Source: Candidatus Methanomethylophilaceae archaeon (GTDB lineage Archaea; Thermoplasmatota; Thermoplasmata; Methanomassiliicoccales; Methanomethylophilaceae). Taken from it: 64,000 bases of DNA. The notes under the pieces are model-generated. The model made no database searches. It had not been told where the DNA came from and saw nothing but the letters and a program-made list of their open reading frames with translations. Where the stretch lies: contig JBMNHS010000001.1 of NCBI GenBank assembly GCA_050950505.1, positions 992,001 to 1,056,000 of the forward strand, given 5' to 3'. Shown here one piece after another: positions 39,435-49,202 of this stretch; the stretch's first letter is position 1; every line of letters begins with the position of its first letter. The position numbers and the translations under genes were made by a program.

Positions 39435-39644
39435 TCAGTCTTTGTCAGACCCGTCATCGGATTCAAGATCCGAATCCCTGACGGTATAGGTGTATCCCCA
39501 CCCCATAAGGGTTCCGAAGGGTATTATGAAGATATACTTCAGCGAAGGGTCCAGATAGTAGAATATCGTGAATACGACAATTCCCACTATGGTTCCGAAT
39601 ATCGCTGATTGTTTCAGTCTGAATTTCCTGTCCGACATCATCAC
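39435..39644 (-). CDS. Small two-TM membrane protein
   Basis: Two hydrophobic segments; overlaps the purB stop. Confidence 0.6.
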   Translation of the reverse strand: MMMSDRKFRLKQSAIFGTIVGIVVFTIFYYLDPSLKYIFIIPFGTLMGWGYTYTVRDSDLESDDGSDKD

Positions 39645-41005
39645 ACCTTTCTGTTCAGGGCCTTCTCCGCGGCCGCTACCATGCGGTCGGTGATTTCCCC
39701 GGAACCTCCGGTATAACCGGCGGGATCCATGACTTCCATTATTTCTTCGGAAGTCAAAACCCCTTTCAGTTCCTTTGTTTCAAGCAGAACATCCCTCAAT
39801 TGACGGTTTTCATCAATCGCCGTCATCGATGCTTTGCGCAATACTTCATGAGCATCCTGTCTTCCCATTCCTTTCTCGGTAAGTTTCATCATGACGGGTT
39901 CGGCCATAATCAAACCCTTGGAAAGCTCGATGTTTCTGAGCATGTTGTCGGCGTGAACAACCATGCCGTCGAAAATGTAATTCGTTTTCTTCAGCATTTC
40001 GTCCAAAAGTGCGAAGACATGCGGCAGCGTGAAACGCTCGGAAGAGGAATTGGAAAGATCTCTTTCATGCCACAGTACCTGACATTCGAAGGTCGGAGTC
40101 ACAAATCCCCTGAGGATTCTGGCAAGTCCGCATACATTTTCCGAGTTTATCGGATTGCGCTTATGCGCCATGGTCGAACTTCCGACCTGTTTCTTTTCAT
40201 CGAACGCCTCGGAAACTTCGGAGAGTTCAGATCTCTGAAGGTTCCTCACTTCCGTGCAGTAACGTTCCAAAGACGTAGCGATGTTTGCCATGAGACAAAT
40301 CAGTTCGGTATACCTGTCCCTTCCCACCACCTGCGTTGCGGCGGGTTCGTATTCCAAACCGAGATTATTCATGACGGTTTCCTGAATTTTAAAGAAATTC
40401 TTTCCCAAAGCGGCCCCGGTTCCCACGGCACCGGCCATTTTGCCCGCGCAGGCTCTGGGCCTCACTTCCTTGAGGCGCTCCCTGTGTCTGAGCATTTCAG
40501 CGACGTATCCTGAAATTTTGAATCCGAATGTAATCGGAATGGCGAACTGAGCGTGGGTTCTTCCGACTTCGAGAGTGTCCCTTTCACGTTTGGCCAATCC
40601 GGCCAAAGTGTATATCAGAGTGTCCACGCCGTCATCTATGATGTCCAACGCGTCTTTTATCTGAAGGGCGGTGGCGGTATCGACGATGTCGTTGGACGTA
40701 GCGCCCAAATGAATGTATTTGCCCGCATCCCCCGAACATTGTTCCGTCATTGCCTTGACCATGGCCATGAGATCGTGTCTGGTTTCAGCCTCGATTTCCT
40801 TTACTCTTTCGGGCTTGACAAATTCCAAAGTGGATATTCTGCAGATCTCTTCGGCATCTTCCGCAGGTATGGTTCCCAGGGAAGCGTGGGCTTTTGCAAG
40901 AGCGGCTTCAACATCCATCTGATACTGGAGACGGCTATCGGCGTAGAATATGGACTTCATATCCTCATGACCGTATCTGTAATCCAGGGGACATAGTTCT
41001 TTCAT
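39641..41005 (-). CDS. purB: Adenylosuccinate lyase
   Basis: TRHD, HLGATSND, GRTH, GSSTMAHKRNP, WHERDL. Confidence 0.95.
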   Translation of the reverse strand: MKELCPLDYRYGHEDMKSIFYADSRLQYQMDVEAALAKAHASLGTIPAEDAEEICRISTLEFVKPERVKEIEAETRHDLMAMVKAMTEQCSGDAGKYIHLGATSNDIVDTATALQIKDALDIIDDGVDTLIYTLAGLAKRERDTLEVGRTHAQFAIPITFGFKISGYVAEMLRHRERLKEVRPRACAGKMAGAVGTGAALGKNFFKIQETVMNNLGLEYEPAATQVVGRDRYTELICLMANIATSLERYCTEVRNLQRSELSEVSEAFDEKKQVGSSTMAHKRNPINSENVCGLARILRGFVTPTFECQVLWHERDLSNSSSERFTLPHVFALLDEMLKKTNYIFDGMVVHADNMLRNIELSKGLIMAEPVMMKLTEKGMGRQDAHEVLRKASMTAIDENRQLRDVLLETKELKGVLTSEEIMEVMDPAGYTGGSGEITDRMVAAAEKALNRKV

Positions 41006-41196
41006 AGTGAATCATGTCTGTGAGTGTATCAGATTATTTATAAGTGATTAGGATAGCAGGTCTCAGTCAAATGAACAGAATCCCAAGTGCGCATTCGTAC
41101 GTTTATAAGAGAAAATCTTATAAGGGAATTGTTTCATTGACCGATATTAAGTGGATTATGCTTTTCTCATAATCAGTCGAACACGAGTGTGGATTT

Positions 41197-42363
41197 ATGA
41201 AAGAGGTTGATTTCAAAGCTCAGCAGAATTCTGAAGAAGTTCAGCAAGAAGAAACCGTATCTGTCGAGAACGAAGTTATTGTGGAAACCGTTGAAACCAA
41301 GGTTGAAGAAACCGCGGAAGAAACCGTTGAAAATATCGTTGAGGACGCAGTAGAAAAACCCGCGGAAGAAACCGCGGAAGAAACCGTCGTAACCGAAGTT
41401 GAAGAAACTGAGGAAGCGGATGAGGGTACGGAAGATTCAGCAGATGCCGGAGAAACGGAATTTGATGAAAAAGAGTCTGAAAAGAGACTCGAGGCCCTTG
41501 AAGAGAAACGCAGCATTGCGGATCTCGATGCGGATAAGCACAGAAAACAGAGGGACGAATACCATGACCTTGCCAGAGAATGGAAGGCTAAGAGGGATTC
41601 GTTGAACGCGCAGGTGAGGGACTTAGTGGCCCATGCCACCGAGAGCAGGGAAAAACGTGACGAGTACAACAATCTCGTCAGGGAATCCAAAGCCCTCCGT
41701 GACGAATGGAACGAGAAAGTATCCGATTTCAAGGTTAAGATGGCTGAACTCAGACCGGAAAGAGCCGACAAAGAGAAACCCAGACAATCGCTCGAAGACA
41801 TGAGAAGACACCTGAGAAGGTTGGAAATTCAGCAACAGACCGCTACGTTGACCAAAGACGCAGAGGAAGCCATCGTCAGACAGATATCCGAAATGGCAAA
41901 GGCAATTGATGAACGTGCATCCGAAGAGGAATCAAGCCTTGAACAGAACACCGAATTCAAGAAGATCCACACAGAGTTCAAGGAAGCAAAGGCAAAAGCC
42001 GAAACTCACCATGCTGAGATGACGGAGTACGCAGACAAAGCGCAGTCCGAACATGAAAACATGATTTCGTTCTACGACCAAGCCGACAGAATCCGCAAAG
42101 AAGCGGACGCGGCTCAGAGCAAACATGTCGAGTACAGGAATCTCGGTGACAAAGAACACAAGAAACACATCGAAATCGTTGGAGCTCTTCAGGAAACGGA
42201 TAAAGAAGCGGCATCTCTCAGAAACCGCAAAACCAGTGTCCGCAGAAGGAAAGCCGAAGCCGAGAACAAGAAAGAAGCCAAGGAAATCTTCGAACGCTTC
42301 AAGAACGGCGAAAAGCTCAGCACCGACGATCTTATGGCGCTTCAGCGTTCCGGATACCTTTAA
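41197..42363 (+). CDS. Archaeal coiled-coil protein (COG1340-like) with acidic low-complexity N terminus
   Basis: Heptad-rich body; C-terminal IFERFKNGEKLSTDDLMALQ; GAAGAAACCG repeats in the 5' part. Confidence 0.78.
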   Translation: MKEVDFKAQQNSEEVQQEETVSVENEVIVETVETKVEETAEETVENIVEDAVEKPAEETAEETVVTEVEETEEADEGTEDSADAGETEFDEKESEKRLEALEEKRSIADLDADKHRKQRDEYHDLAREWKAKRDSLNAQVRDLVAHATESREKRDEYNNLVRESKALRDEWNEKVSDFKVKMAELRPERADKEKPRQSLEDMRRHLRRLEIQQQTATLTKDAEEAIVRQISEMAKAIDERASEEESSLEQNTEFKKIHTEFKEAKAKAETHHAEMTEYADKAQSEHENMISFYDQADRIRKEADAAQSKHVEYRNLGDKEHKKHIEIVGALQETDKEAASLRNRKTSVRRRKAEAENKKEAKEIFERFKNGEKLSTDDLMALQRSGYL

Positions 42364-42371
42364 ACATTTTC

Positions 42372-42405
42372 GCCTGCGGTTTCCGCAGGCAAAATATAAT
42401 TTTTT
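42372..42405 (+). terminator. Hairpin after the coiled-coil gene
   Basis: GCCTGCGG-TTT-CCGCAGGC then A/T tracts. Confidence 0.6.
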
Positions 42406-42595
42406 ACCATTTTTCAGAACATTTATATAGATACCATCTGATGAAGTATCACGGGGATTAGGTCAGTTTTGTAGAGTGCATCCCATCCCTTCTGACCGGC
42501 TGGCCTCTTCCCGCACTTTTATCCTTCACAATCGTGATCGGTTTTTGTAAAAACTAAAATCTATAATATACGTAGCCTATCTAGGTGTTGTTTCT

Positions 42596-43945
42596 ATGGT
42601 AATGGAAGGTTTGGGAAGCTCGTTGAGGAATGTCCTCAAGAAAATTACCGGCGCCTCGTCGGTGGATGAAGAACTTATCAGAGAAGTGTCCAAGGATCTT
42701 CAGCGCGCATTGTTGCAGGCGGACGTAAACGTACAACTGGTGCTTCAGTTGACTTCCGATGTCCAGGAGAGGGCCCTCAACGAAAAACCTCCCGCGGGCA
42801 AAAGCGCCAAAGATCACGTTATAGGCATAATATACGAAGAAATGGTGGCCCTTCTCGACAACGGCGAAGGACTCAAACACAAACCTCAGACCATAATGAT
42901 GGTCGGTCTCTACGGCCAGGGCAAAACCACCACCACCGGCAAACTCGCCAACTATTTCATCAAAAAAGGATTCACCGTCGGACTCATAGGTGCCGACGTT
43001 TACCGCCCGGCGGCTTTGGACCAGTTGAAACAATTGGGTGAAAAAGTCAACGCCGACGTTTACGGCGAACCCGGCGAAAAGAACGCGGCCAAAATCGTGG
43101 AAAACGGAATGAAAGCCTTCAAGGACAAAAAAATCGTCATTGTGGACACATCCGGACGTCATGCCCTTGAAGACGATCTCATCACCGAACTCAAAGATAT
43201 CGCAAAAGTATCCAAACCCGACGAAAGAATCCTTGTTCTCGATTCACAGGTCGGGCAGCAGGCCGGACCGCAGGCCGAAGCCTTCCACAACGCCGTAGGC
43301 GTTACCGGCGTCATACTGACGAAAATGGACGGCACCGCAAAGGGAGGAGGCGCATTGTCCGCAGTCTCCAAAACCAACGCCAGAATCGTATTCCTGGGTA
43401 CCGGGGAGCACATAAGGGACTTGGAGCCCTTTGACGCCAACCGTTTCATATCAAGACTGCTGGGGATGGGCGATCTGTCCTATCTCGCACAGATTGTTCA
43501 GGATGAAATAGGCCATGACAAAGCCATAGAGCAGGCCAGCAGAAATATGCTGTCGGGCAAGTTCACGCTGGTGGACATGTATCAACAGATGGTCGCCGTT
43601 ACCAAGATGGGGCCCCTCAGCAAAGTAATGTCCATGTTGCCCGGAATGAGCAACATGCAGGACAAAATCGATTATGAGGAATCCCAGAAGAGACTTGCGC
43701 AGTTCAGAGTGATTATGGATTCCATGACTCTGGAAGAAAAAGAAAATCCCTCAATCATCAAAGGAAGCAGAATCGAAAGGACCGCCGCCGGCGCGGGCGT
43801 CGAGCCGAAAGACGTAAGACTGCTTCTCAAACAGTATAACCAAAGCAAGAAGATGATGGGCACATTTTCCAAAGACCGCAAGATGCGCAAACAGCTTATG
43901 AAGCAACTCGGCGGCATGGACCTCGATATGGATGCGGAGCAGTGA
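42596..43945 (+). CDS. srp54: Signal recognition particle protein Srp54
   Basis: ALLQADV, GLYGQGKTTT, DTSGR, TKMDG.AKGG; Met-rich M domain. Confidence 0.96.
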   Translation: MVMEGLGSSLRNVLKKITGASSVDEELIREVSKDLQRALLQADVNVQLVLQLTSDVQERALNEKPPAGKSAKDHVIGIIYEEMVALLDNGEGLKHKPQTIMMVGLYGQGKTTTTGKLANYFIKKGFTVGLIGADVYRPAALDQLKQLGEKVNADVYGEPGEKNAAKIVENGMKAFKDKKIVIVDTSGRHALEDDLITELKDIAKVSKPDERILVLDSQVGQQAGPQAEAFHNAVGVTGVILTKMDGTAKGGGALSAVSKTNARIVFLGTGEHIRDLEPFDANRFISRLLGMGDLSYLAQIVQDEIGHDKAIEQASRNMLSGKFTLVDMYQQMVAVTKMGPLSKVMSMLPGMSNMQDKIDYEESQKRLAQFRVIMDSMTLEEKENPSIIKGSRIERTAAGAGVEPKDVRLLLKQYNQSKKMMGTFSKDRKMRKQLMKQLGGMDLDMDAEQ

Positions 43946-43947
43946 GT

Positions 43948-44538
43948 ATGCGATATTTCGTTATAACGGGGCATCGCGCATCCACCACTCCCGATTTCAA
44001 ACTGGACGATATCTGCGGAGGCGCCGGACGTTTGGACGTTCTGGTCAGATGCGTTACGTCCGCATTCTTCCTGAGTCATGAAATACGCAAAGACACAGAA
44101 GTTTTCATTGTTCTTCAGGGAGGAGACGACGCCCCGAAAACTGTACGTTTCTCAGGAGAAACCATAAGATATCTCAATCCTGACGAAAGAAGCACCGCAT
44201 CGTTGATACGCAATGCGCTTCTCAAAGACATTCCCGAAGGGGAAGAGATCCGTTCCTCCCCCGGCGTCTATATTTCAAGAATGTCTTTTGCCGACGTTTT
44301 GAACCATCTGAACGGCAAAGGAGAGTTCGTTTATCTGAAAGAAGACGGGACCGACGTGCGCGATTTCGATTTTCCGGAGAATCCGGTTTTCGTATTGGGA
44401 GACGACAGGGATCTGACCGAAGAGGAAGAAGGGATTATGCTTTCATATTCCCCTTCAAAAATATGTCTGGGTCCCCGCAGCATGCATGCCAACCAATGCA
44501 TAGTGGTTGTTCAGAACGAAATGGATCGTTCGGAGTGA
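43948..44538 (+). CDS. trmY: tRNA (pseudouridine54-N1)-methyltransferase
   Basis: DF.LDD..GGAGRLD, FFLSH.IR, LNPDERS, FVLGD, LGP..HANQCI. Confidence 0.9.
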   Translation: MRYFVITGHRASTTPDFKLDDICGGAGRLDVLVRCVTSAFFLSHEIRKDTEVFIVLQGGDDAPKTVRFSGETIRYLNPDERSTASLIRNALLKDIPEGEEIRSSPGVYISRMSFADVLNHLNGKGEFVYLKEDGTDVRDFDFPENPVFVLGDDRDLTEEEEGIMLSYSPSKICLGPRSMHANQCIVVVQNEMDRSE

Positions 44539-44569
44539 ACCTTTATTATCTTTATTTTAATCCTGTACT

Positions 44570-44767
44570 ATGGCCGACACAGAGAAAATACCGCAACACA
44601 GGCATTGCATCAATTGCGGCAGGGCGTTCACCGGAGTGGGAAACTACTGCACCGATGAATGCAGAGACAGTTCCGGCAAAGACGCCAAGAAAAAACTCAA
44701 AAAATATACCCTTGTTCTGGTAGTTCTCGTCGTATTCACCGTGGCAGTGATGGTTTGGGGGAGCTGA
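44570..44767 (+). CDS. DUF2116-like Zn-ribbon membrane protein
   Basis: PQHRHCINCG...YCTDEC plus C-terminal TM helix. Confidence 0.8.
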   Translation: MADTEKIPQHRHCINCGRAFTGVGNYCTDECRDSSGKDAKKKLKKYTLVLVVLVVFTVAVMVWGS

Positions 44768-44769
44768 CT

Positions 44770-45726
44770 GTGAAAGTGGCCGTCGCCGGCACCTTTGATG
44801 TGTTGCACGACGGACACCGTGCACTTATAAGGCGGGCTTTTGAAATCGGCAGTCACATCTCCGTGGGAATAACCTCGGACAGGATGGCTTCCGAGAATCG
44901 GGACTCCTTTGTACCTTTAAACATAAGGATCTCCGCCCTGGAAGAATTTCTTTCAGAACTGAAAGGGGACTGGGAAGTATTCGTCATCGACGACATGTAC
45001 GGCCCGAAGGAAAAAATGGATTCCGTTGAAGTACTTGTTGTTTCCGAGGAGACGCTTCCCAACGGGAAAAAGCTGAACGGGGAAAGGAAATCCCGCGGGA
45101 TATCTCCTTTGGAGTTTTCGGTGGTTCCTCTTGTGATGGCCTCCGACGGTTCCAAAATAAGTTCCAGAGGGATTCTTGAAGGCAGATACGGCAAAGACGG
45201 AAGAACCAACGTTCCCGACATATCCGTCGGTTCACTGAATCCCGTGAAAGTGGAAGCCGTCAGAACCGTCATGGAGAAAATTTACGGATCTGTCAGAATA
45301 ACTTCCGTGGACGTGGATTCCGAAGTTCCGGAACAGCCCTTTGGGGACGATGTTCGGAAAGGAGCAATCAACCGTGCAAAAAACGCACTTGGGAAACATG
45401 ATATGGCCGTCGGCATCGAAGCCGGTGTTTTCGAAACCGAAGACGGTCTTTTCGATATCCAATACTGTGCGGTTTATGACAACGAAGATGTTCTGACAAT
45501 AGGCATGGGACCGGGATTCAGGTATCCCGACGGCATAGCAACGGCGGTTCTCGAAGGAAAAACCGTCAGTGAAGCAATAACCGATCTCTACGGAAAAAGA
45601 AACATCGGAACCGGAGGCGGTGCAATCGGAATGCTGACCGACGGATTGCTGAACCGCAAAGAACTTACCGAACAATCCGTAATCGCCGCAATGGTACCCC
45701 GTATTTCCGATATTCTGGGATATTGA
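44770..45726 (+). CDS. coaD: Phosphopantetheine adenylyltransferase fused to YjjX-type ITP/XTPase
   Basis: AGTFDVLHDGH, VVSEET, ISS; then GSLNPVK, EQP, GA.NRA, GIEAG, GAIG.LT; GTG start. Confidence 0.88.
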   Translation: MKVAVAGTFDVLHDGHRALIRRAFEIGSHISVGITSDRMASENRDSFVPLNIRISALEEFLSELKGDWEVFVIDDMYGPKEKMDSVEVLVVSEETLPNGKKLNGERKSRGISPLEFSVVPLVMASDGSKISSRGILEGRYGKDGRTNVPDISVGSLNPVKVEAVRTVMEKIYGSVRITSVDVDSEVPEQPFGDDVRKGAINRAKNALGKHDMAVGIEAGVFETEDGLFDIQYCAVYDNEDVLTIGMGPGFRYPDGIATAVLEGKTVSEAITDLYGKRNIGTGGGAIGMLTDGLLNRKELTEQSVIAAMVPRISDILGY

Positions 45727-45760
45727 TTACATTAATAGCCCATACCGTTGATACGGGTTT

Positions 45761-46330
45761 ATGGAATACGTAATATCAGTCGCGGATGACCCTTCATCCG
45801 CCATAGGGGCGGCACAATCGCTAATGGGGGAAAAGGATTCAATGATTTCATTGGCTATCGGACCCGAAAGACTGAATCCTCTTCTTGAAGAATGCAAGTC
45901 AGGCGGGGCATCGAAAACTTTTCGGATTATGGACCGGGATTTCATGGGTTCCGATTCCTGGGTGCTGTCCAGAATCTACGCGGCCTTCATTGACGAATAC
46001 TGCAGTGATGCCGGATTGATAATATTCAGTCGATACAGTTCCGCCGTACCGATGCTGTCCCATCTTCTGCAGGTACAGCAATTTTGTTATGTTCGGGAGA
46101 TAGGCCGTGACGATGTTGGGATTTACGTCATTCAGGATTATGACGGCGTTGAGAGAAAATGCAGAGTGCCGGCAGGCTCCGTGGTCTCTTTGGCCGAGAA
46201 CGTTTCAATTCCCTATTCAAAAAAAGATTCAGATGCCGAAATTGAAGTGATCGGGCGCAAAGAACTGAAACTGGCCGAATTTTCCGTTGGCATCAAAGGC
46301 TCCAGAATCATCACTTTGGGGGAATGCTGA
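45761..46330 (+). CDS. Divergent, shortened EtfB-like protein
   Basis: LAIGP...GGA...DRDFMGSDSWVLSRI; C-terminal VGIKGS; adjacent to the EtfA-like gene. Confidence 0.6.
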   Translation: MEYVISVADDPSSAIGAAQSLMGEKDSMISLAIGPERLNPLLEECKSGGASKTFRIMDRDFMGSDSWVLSRIYAAFIDEYCSDAGLIIFSRYSSAVPMLSHLLQVQQFCYVREIGRDDVGIYVIQDYDGVERKCRVPAGSVVSLAENVSIPYSKKDSDAEIEVIGRKELKLAEFSVGIKGSRIITLGEC

Positions 46331-47022
46331 TGAGCGGTTGCAGCACCTGTTCATTAAACGGTTCCTGTTCTTCCAGCGGAGACGGGGGTTCCTGCGAAGG
46401 TGAAAGAAAACTGCCTCCGGGAATGCTTGAAAGATATGACACGAACCAATCCACCGCCGACGGCGCGTTGGTGTTCATAGAAACTTACGAAGAAGACGGC
46501 AGGCCGAAGATCCATCCAGGTTCCGCGCAATTGATAGCAAAGGCCGTTGAGTTGGGAGAAGACAGAGTGTTCGGAGTGATATTCGGAGGATCCGAAATCA
46601 AAGAACTTTACGACGAATCTTTTTCTTACGGTATTGGTTCGCTGTATCACGTAAGGGACGAAAAGCTAAAGGTGTTCCATCCCGAGGCTTACGCGGAAGC
46701 AATAACCACCGTATGTGAAAGAACCATTCCCTCCTCCGTGTACATGGCCTCTACCTCCAAAGGAGCGGAGATTGCGCCGAGAGTGGCCGCCTCCATGGGT
46801 ACGGGAGTGGTCACAAACTGTTGCGGTCTTGAACTCGAAGGACGAAGATTGATAATGTACAAGGAAACCGGAGGCAAGAGCATGCGGTATGGTTGTCTCA
46901 CGTTCCCTCAGGTGGCAACGGTAAAGCCCGGTGTGTTTCCCACACCTGAAAAAATCGAAGGCAGAAAGGGCACTGCCGTCTACTGGCACTACCGCAACGA
47001 CAATTACAAGGAAATCCTCTGA
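46324..47022 (+). CDS. EtfA N-terminal-domain-only protein with Cys-rich leader
   Basis: LVFIE, STSKGAEIAPRVAA.MGTG...C, PQVATVKPGVF; ends before the FAD domain. Confidence 0.68.
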   Translation: MLMSGCSTCSLNGSCSSSGDGGSCEGERKLPPGMLERYDTNQSTADGALVFIETYEEDGRPKIHPGSAQLIAKAVELGEDRVFGVIFGGSEIKELYDESFSYGIGSLYHVRDEKLKVFHPEAYAEAITTVCERTIPSSVYMASTSKGAEIAPRVAASMGTGVVTNCCGLELEGRRLIMYKETGGKSMRYGCLTFPQVATVKPGVFPTPEKIEGRKGTAVYWHYRNDNYKEIL

Positions 47023-47490
47023 TCAGGAGTTTATGAGGGATATCGCGCGGTCAAGTACCTTCTGTGCATGACCCGCGACCTTCACATTTTTCCAAACGGC
47101 TTCTGTTTTTCCGTCCTTGCCGACGATGAAAGTGGAACGGAACACGCCTTCGTATTCCCTGCCGTACATACTTTTCAGCCCCCAGGCTCCCACGGCTTCC
47201 GTCAGGACATGATCGGGATCGCTGAGAAGTTTTACTTTGAGATTGTGTTTGTCGATGAATTTCCTGTGGGATGCGGGAGAATCTCTGCTGACTCCTATTA
47301 CGGGTATGTTCCGCATCATGAAACTTGATATGAGTTCGGTGAACTCCAAAGCTTCCTTTGTGCATCCAGACGTGCTGTCTTTGGGATAGAAGTAAATCAC
47401 ATAACGGACGCCTTCCAGGTTTTTGCTGTCAAACACTTCATCGTTCTCATCCGAGAGAACAAAATCCGGGAACTTATCTCCGACTTCCAT
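47023..47490 (-). CDS. bcp: Peroxiredoxin Bcp/PrxQ
   Basis: YFYPKD.TSGCT.EA; RSTFIV. Confidence 0.92.
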   Translation of the reverse strand: MEVGDKFPDFVLSDENDEVFDSKNLEGVRYVIYFYPKDSTSGCTKEALEFTELISSFMMRNIPVIGVSRDSPASHRKFIDKHNLKVKLLSDPDHVLTEAVGAWGLKSMYGREYEGVFRSTFIVGKDGKTEAVWKNVKVAGHAQKVLDRAISLINS

Positions 47491-47499
47491 AATTACACC

Positions 47500-49158
47500 T
47501 CAAAACAAACTAGAACTTTTTGAAATATATCCGTCAAGGTTCAACTCGAACACCATGATGGGATGATTGATTCCGAATCCGGTAATGACTTCCGGGGACA
47601 CTTCCCCGAATATTCCGATGACTTCCCCGTCGACGATGACGGAAGCCCCCCTTCCGGGGATGAAGGTGCCGTAATCACAGGTTCCGACGGAATATTCGCA
47701 TCCGATTTCCCTCAACACGGATTCGGCCAGAGATTTGGATTCGGTGAACGACGTTCTCGAAGCGGCGGCAACGGCGCAAAGATGAAGAGAATTTTTCAGA
47801 TCCCTAACGACATATCCGACTTCGAATATTTTTTGTGGCAAATCCCTGTGTCTGTTGTGTCTCAGAATCCTCATCAGACTCGGGAACAGGTTTACGCGCA
47901 AACACGTATGGTCTTCCGTGATGGGATTTTTGACGGTCACGGCAACGGCTTCGGGAATTCCGGATTTTGTGAATTCGTCCTTTTCGTTGCTCAACGTAAG
48001 AGTGGTGACTTCGGTGTATCCGAGACCGGTCATTATGTTTCTCACACCGTCGGAAAACACGGTTTCGTCCAGACGGGAAGCGACGGTGCCGTCCAATCCG
48101 TAGGGGCCTCCGAAATTTTCGAATCCGTATCCTATGGCCACATCTTCAAAAATATCCACGTCATGCATGATGTCGGTTCTTGTTGAGGGGATTATTGCAA
48201 TCATGCAATCCTCTTTTCCGACTTTGGCGCCGAGACCCATTTTTTTCAGAGCCGCGCACATTCCGTCGGTGTCCAAATCGGTGCCGAGGAATTCATTGCA
48301 TTTCTTTACGGATACCGTCCTTTCGGAAGGAGTCAAATCGGGGGACGCATACTTTTCTCCGCAATCGTCCATTTTGACGGAACCGATGCGGCCTCCCCTT
48401 TCGGCCAAAGCGGTGCAGACAATGTCCAACGCCCCTTTGACGGCTTTTCTGTCCGTTCCCGTAACGTCAACAAACACGTTTTTGGTATCTGTGGTCACGG
48501 TGGTCAGCGAGCCGTTGATGATCGGCGGGAAGGAAAGCACTTCTCCGTCATGGTCGCGTATAATGGGATATTTTTCCGTGTTTTTCAGCAAGGAAGCATA
48601 CTCTTTGCCTTTTTCATGTTTTTCAAGAATCCCGTCAAGATCCATCTCCTCCGTATGACCCAGGGGAACAAATTTTATCTCTTTCGGATTTTCAAGCGAA
48701 TATGTGAAAGGAGGTTTGATTTTGTCCAAATCGTGAATGCCTATGGCAAGTTTGCTTCTTTTGCGGCCGATGGTAAGGTGGAGTTTTTCCTGCATGTCCA
48801 TCATGGATTTCAGCAGTTCATCGTCAATTTGAAGTCCGGACACCGTGCCGCAGAGGAAATAAGGTCTCACGGGTTTGACGCTTTCATCGACAATGACGTC
48901 GATATCCGTTTCTTCCACATCATAAGTATGTATTCCGGGGGATATGCCGAAGAAAGCTCTCAGAGACCTTGCTATCCCTTCCGCACTGTACAAATCGGGA
49001 CGGTCAGGGAAGAACTCAACGGACATTTCATCTGTACTGTCTTCGGAGTCACCCATATCCGCGCCCATGAGCGGTATTCTTTCATCGAGTTCCGAACGGG
49101 GTATTTCCTCACCTATCAACGAACACAAATCGCTGTAGCTGAAGTTTATTACCGGCAT
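47500..49158 (-). CDS. pheT: Phenylalanyl-tRNA synthetase beta subunit (archaeal type)
   Basis: PDRPDL, QEKLH..IGRKR, LSFPPIIN, RTDIMH..DIFEDVAIGYG. Confidence 0.95.
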   Translation of the reverse strand: MPVINFSYSDLCSLIGEEIPRSELDERIPLMGADMGDSEDSTDEMSVEFFPDRPDLYSAEGIARSLRAFFGISPGIHTYDVEETDIDVIVDESVKPVRPYFLCGTVSGLQIDDELLKSMMDMQEKLHLTIGRKRSKLAIGIHDLDKIKPPFTYSLENPKEIKFVPLGHTEEMDLDGILEKHEKGKEYASLLKNTEKYPIIRDHDGEVLSFPPIINGSLTTVTTDTKNVFVDVTGTDRKAVKGALDIVCTALAERGGRIGSVKMDDCGEKYASPDLTPSERTVSVKKCNEFLGTDLDTDGMCAALKKMGLGAKVGKEDCMIAIIPSTRTDIMHDVDIFEDVAIGYGFENFGGPYGLDGTVASRLDETVFSDGVRNIMTGLGYTEVTTLTLSNEKDEFTKSGIPEAVAVTVKNPITEDHTCLRVNLFPSLMRILRHNRHRDLPQKIFEVGYVVRDLKNSLHLCAVAAASRTSFTESKSLAESVLREIGCEYSVGTCDYGTFIPGRGASVIVDGEVIGIFGEVSPEVITGFGINHPIMVFELNLDGYISKSSSLF

Positions 49159-49202
49159 GATTCACACCAACGGTAAATTCCTATAAAAGGGCTTGTCGTA
49201 CC

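Noticed and set aside
44770-45726. PPAT-YjjX fusion as a novelty
   Set aside because: This fusion is already known from Thermoplasmata.
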